From Octopus sinensis (lineage: Eukaryota): a stretch of 8,784 nucleotides of DNA. Each line of letters starts with the position of its first letter. Position 1 is the first letter of the stretch. The stretch covers positions 1 to 8,784 of the forward strand of contig NW_021828145.1 of the NCBI RefSeq assembly GCF_006345805.1, read 5' to 3'. Below the pieces are notes generated by a model, which worked only from the letters and a program-made list of their open reading frames with translations, was not told where the DNA came from and searched no databases. Of this stretch, positions 1 through 7,362 are shown piece after piece. The position numbers and the translations under genes were made by a program.

Positions 1-41
1 TTCAATCATTAAACTTCGGATATGCTAGATCATAACCGGCA

Positions 42-170
42 TTGATTTCCAGTTATTTCGTTAAAATGTTGATCATTTAATTGTTCTAAGACCATTTTCC
101 TATAATGGTTTTTTTTTTCCATTATTACAATGGCTTCGACTTTTTCAGCTTCTTCAGTGACTATAGAAAT
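42..170 (-). mobile_element. Penelope-like element (PLE) RT N-terminal fragment, inverted relative to the rest of the element
   Basis: Minus-strand translation 170->42 gives ISIVTEEAEKVEAIVIMEKKNHYRKMVLEQLNDQHFNEITGNQ. This matches the PLE pre-RT motif IVIKxADKGxAxVIMDxxxYxxxxxxxLxD (family knowledge). Confidence 0.75.
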
Positions 171-436
171 AAACAAGGGGAAAAATTGGAAAATTACCGG
201 ACAAATTCAAAAACGATTTAACAGAAAATAAATTAGATTACATAACTAATTTTAATTTTTTTGGGGGCAGCCTATAAAAGTCGCTTTAAAAAAGCAGTTT
301 TTATGGGATACCAGAAAATCATAAATCTAAAGAAATCCACAACAGCTGAAAGATTCTCAAACCGTCTGATTTAAAATTACGTCCAAGACCTACATCAAAC
401 ACCCAATAATTAAATAATTTACTGGACAGTATACTC
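171..436 (+). mobile_element. Penelope-like element RT pseudogene fragment (first + strand part)
   Basis: Frame from 182: KIGKLPDKFKNDLTENKLDYITNF...KSSFYGIPENHKS...PSDLKLRP...LNNLLDSIL. It corresponds to the PLE motifs FYGLPKIHK, LRPI and LSxxxDxxL. It contains in-frame stops and a ~30 bp insertion. Confidence 0.85.
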
Positions 437-695
437 TTTTACTCTTTTACTTGTTTCAGTCATTTGACTGCGGCCATGCTGGAGCACCGCCTTAGTCGAG
501 CAACTCGACCCCGGGACTTATTCTTTTTTGTAAGCCCAGTACTTATTCTACTATGATCGGTCTTTTGCCGAACCGCTAAGTGACGGGGACGTAAACACCC
601 CACATCGGTTGTCAAGCAATGCTAGGGGAACAAACACAGACACACAAACACACACACATATACACTATCTATATATATATATATATCTATTATAT

Positions 696-738
<43 letters not shown>

Positions 739-940
739 TATATATATATCTATATATATATATTATATATATATAATACATATAACGACCATGCTTCTTT
801 CGTTTCCGTCTACAAATCCACTCACAAGGCATTGGTCGGCCCGAGGCTATAGCAGAAGACCTTGCCCAAGATGCCACGCAGTGGGACTGAACCCGGAATC
901 ATGTGGTTGGTTAGCAAGCTACTTACCACACAGCCACTCC
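432..940 (-). mobile_element. tRNA-derived CORE-type SINE (octopus OR-like family), copy 1
   Basis: The minus-strand head GGAGTGGCTGTGTGG has a Pol III A box (926-936) and B box GGTTCAGTCC (884-893). It is followed by a CORE-like CTTGGGCAAG...GGGCCGACC segment, an internal CA/TA microsatellite and a (AAAAGAGT)n tail at 432-450. It is co-linear with copy 2 at 2301-2682. Confidence 0.92.
633..784. repeat. (CA)n/(TA)n microsatellite inside SINE copy 1
   Basis: Directly visible dinucleotide runs with interruptions. Confidence 0.97.
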
Positions 941-1371
941 CATTCTGCAACTTGGTTCTGAATTTCATTAGAGATGACGTGGCCTTTTGAATCACATTCC
1001 AAAAAGAGTAAATGTAGAGACTGGTTAGCTTCGACGTGGCCAGCACCTACACAAATATCCCCCCACCCACCATTTGGAATGGGACGGTCGAATTTTCAAG
1101 TGACAAACACTCATTTATAATTCAGGATAGTTTCTCAGAATTTATACTGGGATTACGAGTGTTTTGTTTATTTTTTGATTTTTTTTTTATAACTAATGTA
1201 CCTTCAAATAAAAAGGACTGCAGTGGTTACAAAAGTCGCACCCACTTTTGCAACATTTTTTATGGGAATCCTACAAAAGAAAATCTACGTCTGATCCTGA
1301 ATTATTCTTATCGGCATTTTTATTTTAAAGGAAACTAGAAAAGGTTCCTAAATGGTTGTCTCATATTTTTG
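940..1371 (+). mobile_element. Penelope-like element RT pseudogene, continuation after the SINE
   Basis: With frameshifts the sequence reads PFCNLVLNFIRDD (940-), LVSFDVASTYTNIP (1021-1062, RT motif A), LQIKRTAVVTKVAPTFATFFMGILQKKIY (1202-, motif B', cf. QxxGTAMGTKxAP) and N*KRFLNGCLIF (1333-1368, decayed WxRFLDDCF catalytic motif). A continuation towards GIY-YIG beyond 1371 is possible but unresolved. Confidence 0.88.
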
Positions 1372-1620
1372 GACAGGAATCCGAAAGTCCTTACAAAATA
1401 AAAGAAGAGAAATTATCGCAAAAGAGAAATATTCATAAAGATTTTCAATCTGAAAGCAAACCAAGAGTAGCGACAACGTGCAACCGAATATAATTGCTAT
1501 TATGTGGATTATCTCTTACTATATGTATTTGAAAAAGCTGAAGAGAGTGAAAACAAATACGCAAGAACTTTCTCCCATCAGGTCTGTGTTAATCTGCATC
1601 AAAATAATTTCTTAAATTTA

Positions 1621-1750
1621 TGTATATATGTACTTGTGTATATGTGTATGTGCTTTTACATGTGTGTGAGCACCTATGGGTATAATCTCATGTATATGTG
1701 TTTGTGAGTGTGTGTGCGTGTATACACACATACATAAATATATATATATA
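1621..1750. repeat. Degenerate (TG)n/(TA)n microsatellite
   Basis: Alternating purine-pyrimidine runs are visible. Confidence 0.9.
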
Positions 1751-2300
1751 ATTCTGGTAATTCCTCGAGATCGGGGTTGGTGGCCTTCATTCCATTGATC
1801 AGTTTATGGACTCTTGGCGGACTTATGAGTTCAATCTTGGTTTTGAAAGAATGGGGGAAGAGCAAATGCTCAGGCTTTCGTTGTCATTTCCTCTTTTACC
1901 GTTTTCTCCAAATTTTGCTCATTTATAGACATCGAAACTTATTGTTCCTTCACAAATAACGGTTTTATAGGTATTTACTTCCTTGGCATTAGTTTTCCAG
2001 TTTTTTTTTTTTTTTATTTTTTTATGTCAGCGATACTTTTTCGTCATGTTGTTTTCAAGACATCTTTGACTATTATATACGCTTTTTTTATGGTACGAAT
2101 AGAAGATTTGCTTCAGCTCACATATATCTTCCATTCGAACGAAATGGCCTCTGCAGCACGCGCACACACACATACAAACTGGCGGTGAGGAGTTCAAAGA
2201 TTATTTACTAAATATTTACATAAATATATAATTTCAGAACCATGTATGTAGGTTTGTATTTATCTATGTATCCTTTGTGAATTTTATAACTCTCTTTTTT

Positions 2301-2682
2301 TACTTTTACTTGTTTCAGTCATGTGACTGTGGCCATGCTGGAGCACCGCCTTTAGTTGAGCAAATCGACCACAGGACTTATTCTTTGTAAGCCTAGTACT
2401 TATTCTATCGGTCTCTTTTGCCGAACCGCTAAGTTACGGGGACGTAAACACACCAGCATCGGTTGTCAAGCGATGTTGGGGGAACAAACACAGACACACA
2501 AACATATACACACACATACATATATATATACATATATATATACGACGGGCTTCTTTCAGTTTCCACAAGGCTTTGGTCGGCCCGAGGCTATAGTAGAAGA
2601 CACTTGCCCAAGGTACAACGCAGTGGGACTAAACCCAGAACCATGTTGCTGGTAGGCAAGCTACTTACCACACAGCCACTCC
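2301..2682 (-). mobile_element. tRNA-derived CORE-type SINE, copy 2
   Basis: Co-linear with 432-940. A box at 2668-2678, B box variant GGTTTAGTCC at 2626-2635, shorter internal microsatellite (2485-2542), and a small internal deletion (TTTCC^ACAAGG) relative to copy 1. Confidence 0.92.
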
Positions 2683-2729
2683 TACAGTAAAAGTAAAGTT
2701 CATAAAAAATACACGGATTCTCTTCGCAG

Positions 2730-2757
2730 GTTCCACTTTCGGTATATAAAGAAAGGC
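2730..2757 (+). other. Candidate 28 nt micro-exon
   Basis: Acceptor TTCTCTTCGCAG| (AG 2728-2729) and donor |GTGAGT (2758-2763). Open in two frames (VPLSVYKER; FHFRYIKKG). No transcript evidence. Confidence 0.25.
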
Positions 2758-2808
2758 GTGAGTGTTCTAAATACTGGTTGTATGCCGTGCACCTAAACTC
2801 GCGCTTCA

Positions 2809-2895
2809 TAATACATATACATACATACATACATACATACATACATACATACATACATACATACATACATACTTCATACAACCTATATAATAATA

Positions 2896-2962
<67 letters not shown>

Positions 2963-2976
2963 CAACAACAACAACA
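2809..2976. repeat. Compound microsatellite (TACA)n - (TAA)n - (CAA)n
   Basis: Directly visible. Confidence 0.97.
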
Positions 2977-3069
2977 TCGAAAAATACCTTAGGAATGAGA
3001 ACCCAGGTTCGAAATTTCCCCAAGGAAGGCTGGAGGGTGTATCCGTGAAATGTAAATAATGTAAATAAT
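2976..3069 (+). repeat. Internally deleted copy of a recurrent octopus interspersed repeat (possibly PLE/retrozyme-related terminus)
   Basis: ATCGAAAAATACCTTAGGAATGAGAACCCAGGTTCGAAATTTCCCCAAG...TGTAAATAATGTAAATAAT matches a repeat I recall from Octopus DNA (recall only). The terminal 9 bp tandem TGTAAATAA x2 is visible. Confidence 0.5.
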
Positions 3070-3096
3070 ACACATTATTAGACTCCTCAAAATCAG

Positions 3097-3240
3097 AAAG
3101 GAGAAGACTGATTTGAAGACTACAAATCACTTTCCAGAAGTATATCATACATACATACATATAATACCCTGTTGTTGATGTTGAAATTCCAATGAAGAAG
3201 CCTTGGATCTAGGTTAGAAATCTTGAAATAAAACTGAATA
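3097..3240 (+). repeat. Fragment of a recurrent octopus repeat (probable retroelement 3' region)
   Basis: GACTGATTTGAAG..ATCACTTTCCAGAAGTATAT and GTTGATGTTGAAATTCCAATGAAGAAGCCTTGGATCTAGGTTAGAAATCTTGAAATAAAACTGAAT resemble a repeat recalled from Octopus genomes; not verified. Confidence 0.45.
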
Positions 3241-3278
3241 GTAACAGTAAAAAATAAACTCCTGACACTTTGGAAATA

Positions 3279-3359
3279 GTTGTAATTGATGTGATTGATG
3301 TGATCGGTATGGTCGATGTGACTGGTGCAATAGATGTGATTGATGTGATAGATGGTTCC
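3279..3359. repeat. Degenerate 9 bp tandem repeat (consensus GATGTGATW), 9 units
   Basis: gttgtaatt gatgtgatt gatgtgatc ggtatggtc gatgtgact ggtgcaata gatgtgatt gatgtgata gatggttcc. Confidence 0.85.
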
Positions 3360-3562
3360 TTTTAAGCAGCTGCAGAAGGAACATGAGCAAAGAGGGAACT
3401 TTAGGTTTAATTTAGAATACCCTCCCTCATAAATCCGTGGCTTTGTGCTAGTATAAGAAAGCAATATTTCTATAAACAAGGGAGGGAGGTCTATAAACAA
3501 AAGGAGGGTCTCTTTTAACTCAGTCGCCATTTTTGTTCAATTGCAAATGGGATCACAGCTTC

Positions 3563-3777
3563 AAGGAACCTCTAAGTGTTCGTGCGACCTCCTAAAAGTA
3601 ACAGCCAAATCTTCCTTGAATCATATCATACTATCTAAAAAGTGAAGGTGATATGTATATAAAGAAAAAACAGGATAATATATAAAGATAGCATATTTGA
3701 TACCGATATAAACTTTAAAAGTCGTGATGTTCACGAATGGTTTGACTCGTATGGAGCAACCTGAGGATAAGCAACAC
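3563..3777 (+). repeat. Old, diverged copy of a recurrent octopus SINE/LINE-tail-like repeat
   Basis: GGAACCTCTAAGTGTTCGTGCGACCTCCTAAAAGTAACAGCCAAATCTTCCTTGAATCA and terminal ACCTGAGGATAAGCAACA resemble a repeat recalled from Octopus DNA; recall only. Confidence 0.4.
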
Positions 3778-3813
3778 ATTGATTATTTCCTTTTCTTTCT
3801 CTCTTTTTTTCAG

Positions 3814-3958
3814 TCAAAAGGGAAGATCAAATTTGTACCCATGACCGTTTGCAAGACTTAAAGGATTATTTGGAGGGACGGAGAGAGGGGTAGTATCTTC
3901 AAACTGGAGACCTGGACCGAACCTTTACAACAAAATGGACTCCATTAAAAAATGTCTG
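3814..3958 (+). other. Candidate spliced exon (145 nt); 5' UTR/start exon or non-coding
   Basis: Long polypyrimidine tract ending ...TTTTTTTCAG| (AG 3812-3813) and consensus donor CTG|GTGAGT (3959-3964). CAAAATGG start context at 3935 gives MDSIKKCL, ending in phase 0. Confidence 0.45.
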
Positions 3959-4088
3959 GTGAGTTAGATGGTGATATTAGGGCAGGTGATGGATTTAGTC
4001 TACTATAAATCCGACAAATCTCTATAAACATGGAATTGTGTCTGCTCCAGATTTTCCATAAGAACAGAGTTCCAAATACATAACAGAT

Positions 4089-4435
4089 TCGAGTGTCACT
4101 CTTCTGAAGTCACCAGATTTTGGAAAGTCTCTCACCAGAACCGCTTTTTTTTTTTGATTGGGAGAAATCAATAGAGATTGGAAATACACTGGCCAAAGGT
4201 CGTTACAATATTTTGAGGGACTAGAATTTGGAAAGTCACTCATATGAAGTTAGTGGAACATAGAAAGTTCCTCATCTGAAGTGAATGAAGCTTGGAGAGT
4301 CACTAGTGTTGGGAAAGTCACTTTCCTGAAGTTAGTGAGAATATGGGATTCGCTTTCTTGAAATTACTACAGCATGGAAATTCACCCAAATGAAGCTTGA
4401 AGCTACTTCGATTTGAAGTTACTTTTCTGTAACGT
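4089..4435. repeat. Degenerate ~32 bp minisatellite (consensus ~TGGAAAGTCACTYWTCTGAAGTTAGTG...)
   Basis: Unit starts at about 4089, 4121, 4179, 4229, 4261, 4293, 4311 (after a truncated unit), 4344, 4375 and 4412. Several spacings are exactly 32. Confidence 0.75.
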
Positions 4436-4800
4436 TTCAATGGGCTCATTTTCAATTGCTGGATATATCTGAGGAGAAAATTCACGATATTTGTTTGAAA
4501 GAAATAATATTGACTAAATCTGACAACTCATCGCATATATTACGTGTAGGAAAACTGTGATGTTCTACAGTTCTTGTATTTTTAAAACTACATCGATAGA
4601 CGTGAAATGCCAGAGGTGGAATATGAATTTGTATAACAGGTTCAGCTGGTTACAGCAAACACTCAACAACATACAATATCACTCATCAACGTACAACAGC
4701 GCTCAGGACACTCAGTTATATATTGATTTATTGATTTGGTCAATTAATTCATCCATTTATCCATTAAATTAATTGATGAAACTGGACAGACTCGCAAATC

Positions 4801-4898
4801 TGTGTGTGTGTGTGTGTGTGTGTAAGTGTGTGTGTGTGTACGTGCGTATGTATGTATGTAGGTATATGAAGAGAGAGAGGGAGAGAGAGACAGTTAAT

Positions 4899-4942
<44 letters not shown>

Positions 4943-4948
4943 TAGATA
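4801..4948. repeat. Compound microsatellite (TG)n, (TATG)n, (GA)n, (GATA)n/(GACA)n
   Basis: Directly visible. Confidence 0.95.
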
Positions 4949-5293
4949 GAAAAGCTGGTTGCTTTGTTATGGAATGCAGTTTGTTGAACTAAGGAATATT
5001 GTGATGAAATCTATTTAATAAAGGCTGCGAAAGTTTTTTTTTTTTTTTAAGGAGGGAGACAACTCTATCCACCCAGCTGGGATAAGATCCCGTTCATCTC
5101 GCCAACTTTTCAAGCCAGCCTGTTCATTCGACCAAATACCCCACTACTGAACGTCAGACTCGTCCTGTTACATCAATACTTCAGATTTTTTATAGAGAGA
5201 GAGAGAGAATTTCAAATGTATCAACACTCAATGAAACCTAAATGATTGAAAACTAATAATTCAGAATATATATATTTGTGTACTCGAAGATTA

Positions 5294-5748
5294 TACAATT
5301 AGAATTAACTATTATATTTCAGTAAAATCGGACAATTTTTTTTAAAAACTCGCTCTATTTTTATCAAGTTTAATATGTTAAAAGTGTATAATTTTTTTAT
5401 TTTTGTTATACTTTTATAATTTTAATATTTTTATTTAATAATTTTATTTTCATTCCTGTTAGATCCCGCTTAGCTATCTTCGACAGCTTTTTTTTTCAAT
5501 TTGGTTGCAATTATTTTCCCTACCTCCTTCCCTAGAAAATGTGTTTTGCCACGCTAAAGATGGATTTGAAATTTCCAGGGATACAGACGGATCACATATT
5601 GAAATTTTCAATAATGCCTTGATGTAAAATTATAAATCTATTTGTTTTGGTATCATAGTTAAGTAATAAACGGAAAATTCTGTAAGTTTTTTATTTTTAT
5701 TTTATTTGTTCGATTTCATTGAAATAGTTAATTTTGGGACATCCTCTA
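5294..5748 (+). mobile_element. Internally deleted (non-autonomous) Tc1/mariner DNA transposon
   Basis: The right end ATTTTGGGACATCCTC|TA (5731-5748) resembles the TA|CAGGGTGTCCCAAAA terminus. An imperfect inverted partner lies at 5294-5350 (AATTAACTAT..TTCAGTAAAATCGGACAA vs the reverse complement of 5685-5748). 5532-5627 encodes LENVFCHAKDGFEISRDTDGSHIEIFNNALM*, like the transposase C-terminus (LxxVFxxxxxRxxxCxxxxGxHxE). Confidence 0.7.
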
Positions 5749-5749
<1 letters not shown>

Positions 5750-5795
<46 letters not shown>

Positions 5796-5930
5796 CATAT
5801 ATACATACACATGCACATCTATACATACATACATACATACATACATACATACATACATACATACATACAGACATACTAAATAATTAGGGTTCAGCAAAGA
5901 TTTGCTTTACCACATACCGAAGCTTACATT

Positions 5931-5983
<53 letters not shown>

Positions 5984-5992
5984 ATATATATA
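5750..5992. repeat. Microsatellite cluster (TG)n, (TACA)n, (TA)n
   Basis: Directly visible, with a short unique spacer at ~5877-5930. Confidence 0.95.
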
Positions 5993-6375
5993 TCCATTCA
6001 GTCAGTCATTCATCCGTTTTATCCATCTTCTCCACCTAGTATTCCTGAGTGGATTATGAAGGTTTCTGTCCTGAGGCACACACCCCTCCTTAGGGTTGTA
6101 TCGAAAGCAACCGTCATTAGACTTTCCTGTTAAATTCCCAAACGCCACCAGCTGAGACTACGGATATTATCCAACCAGATCGTTTTTGGTCTACGCCTAA
6201 GTCTCCTGCCGGTTGGTTCAACTTGAAGAATCCATCTCGCGATTCTCTCCAGCGACGTTCTAGCCACATGTTTGTAGTACCGGAGCTGTGAACTCCCAAT
6301 GCAGAAAGGTAGCGGCTCGACCTGGCGAGATACCCTGATCGCCAAGTAACGCATCCTGTCAAATAACATTACTCT
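5993..6375 (-). mobile_element. RTE-clade LINE 3' end (ORF C-terminus plus short 3' UTR/tail)
   Basis: DRMRYLAIRVSRQVEPLPFCIGSSQLRYYKHVARTSLERIARWILQVEPTGRRLRRRPKTIWLDNI matches the RTE C-terminal QLRWxGHVxRM...GxRxRGRPxxxWxD motif. The tail GGATGAATGACTGACTGAATGGA lies at the 5993 end. Confidence 0.9.
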
Positions 6376-6379
6376 AGGG

Positions 6380-6522
6380 CAGAGCTCTGCAACCTTTTTT
6401 TCACTTGCGGTACACTTATATTCTTTTCAAAATTTGGCGGCACCTAAACTAGAAATATGACTAAAAGTTACACTACAATAAACACCTACCAAGGTCACGT
6501 GGTACACCAGTGTGCCACAGCA
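6380..6522 (+). mobile_element. hAT (Charlie-like) non-autonomous element fragment, right TIR missing
   Basis: Begins CAGAGCTCTGCAACCTTTTTT (cf. CAGxGxTxxxCAACCTTTTT hAT ends) after CTCTAGGG (6372-6379, cf. the Charlie NTCTAGAN target). It has repeated GCGG(C/T)ACAC-type subterminal motifs and ends in GTGGTACACCAGTGTGCCACAGCA. Confidence 0.65.
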
Positions 6523-6895
6523 TAAAAATTACGAAAAGGAGAGGTGACAATATACATCCCTGCCGAAGGCAAACATCTACGTTGAAAGGAAGCTGCATAT
6601 ACCCGAACAAAAAACACCTTGGCATGTGTATAGGGACTTCACGGCAACCAGAAGTTGCCCATTAATCTCAAACTCCTGCAAAACTCTCAACTGCATATCC
6701 CGCGGCACACTGTCATACGCCTTTTCGACGTCTACGAAACAAGTGCATGCCTCTTGACAATATTCCCACCAATTCTCAAGCATCTACCGTAGAGAGAATA
6801 TATGGTCGGTTGCGCAACGTCCTTGACTGTTCTTCAGCAAGCTTGGGCTCGACAATTTCCTTACAGCTTTTTTCCACACACCGAGCGTAGACTTT
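6521..6895 (-). mobile_element. RTE-clade LINE reverse transcriptase fragment (5' truncated)
   Basis: With frameshifts: KVYARCVEKSCKEIVEPKLAEEQ / GRCATDHIFSLR*MLENWWEY..CFVDVEKAYDSVPR..KSLY / PFNVDVCLRQGCILSPLLFVIFM. These are non-LTR RT motifs (FVDxEKAYD; QGCxLSPLLF). Confidence 0.93.
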
Positions 6896-6965
6896 ACATT
6901 TACACATATGTATACATACACATATACATAATATATACATGTATATACATACGAGCAAATGAGAT

Positions 6966-7042
<77 letters not shown>

Positions 7043-7113
7043 CAGACAGACAAATAGATAGATAGATAGATAGATAGACAGATAGACAGACAACAGACAT
7101 ACAGACAGACAGA

Positions 7114-7147
<34 letters not shown>

Positions 7148-7173
7148 ACAGACAGACAGACGGACAGACAGAC

Positions 7174-7217
<44 letters not shown>

Positions 7218-7254
7218 GAAGATAGATAGATAGATAGATAGACGATAGACAGAC

Positions 7255-7299
<45 letters not shown>

Positions 7300-7362
7300 C
7301 AGGACAGACAGACAGAGACAGACAGACAGACAGAGACAGACAACAGACAGATAGATAGATAT
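6896..7362. repeat. (CA/TA)n followed by a long compound (GATA)n/(GACA)n microsatellite
   Basis: Directly visible. Confidence 0.98.

Noticed and set aside
619-877. ORFs 619-852 (+) and 665-877 (-) with IY/YI repeats
   Set aside because: They are translations of the (TA)n tract within the SINE.
884-940. tRNA gene (also 2626-2682)
   Set aside because: A/B boxes are present but continue into SINE body; there is no complete cloverleaf.
975-982. UPRE-like TGACGTGG motif (similar GACGTGG at 1033)
   Set aside because: Both lie inside PLE RT coding relics (DDV / FDV codons) and are explained by the protein sequence.
1036-1338. 100 aa ORF as a host gene
   Set aside because: It is a partly in-frame, partly shifted piece of the decayed PLE RT (starts within motif A).
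1538-1556. Minimal hammerhead ribozyme CTGAAGA-GAGT-GAAA near the PLE
   Set aside because: There is no credible stem II, and no stem I/III pairing or NUH cleavage site could be built.
2031-2190. Possible exon ending at GCG|GTGAGG
   Set aside because: The acceptor choice is ambiguous, it includes a CA repeat, and the peptide is not recognisable.
2356-3160. ORFs 2356-2655, 2463-2690 and 2588-3160
   Set aside because: They are made of SINE sequence and (TACA)/(TAA)/(CAA) microsatellites.
3120-3530. 136 aa minus ORF with a good Kozak context (MATELKE...)
   Set aside because: It runs through a 9 bp repeat, an interspersed repeat fragment and a (CATA)n tract, with no recognisable domain. Only the internal repeat is kept as a finding.
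4089-4435. CRISPR array
   Set aside because: Units abut without unique spacers, are highly degenerate, there are no cas genes, and the context is eukaryotic.
4557-4772. 71 aa ORF / possible exon (VQLVTANTQQHTISLIN)
   Set aside because: Weak donor, no motif, and a length expected by chance.
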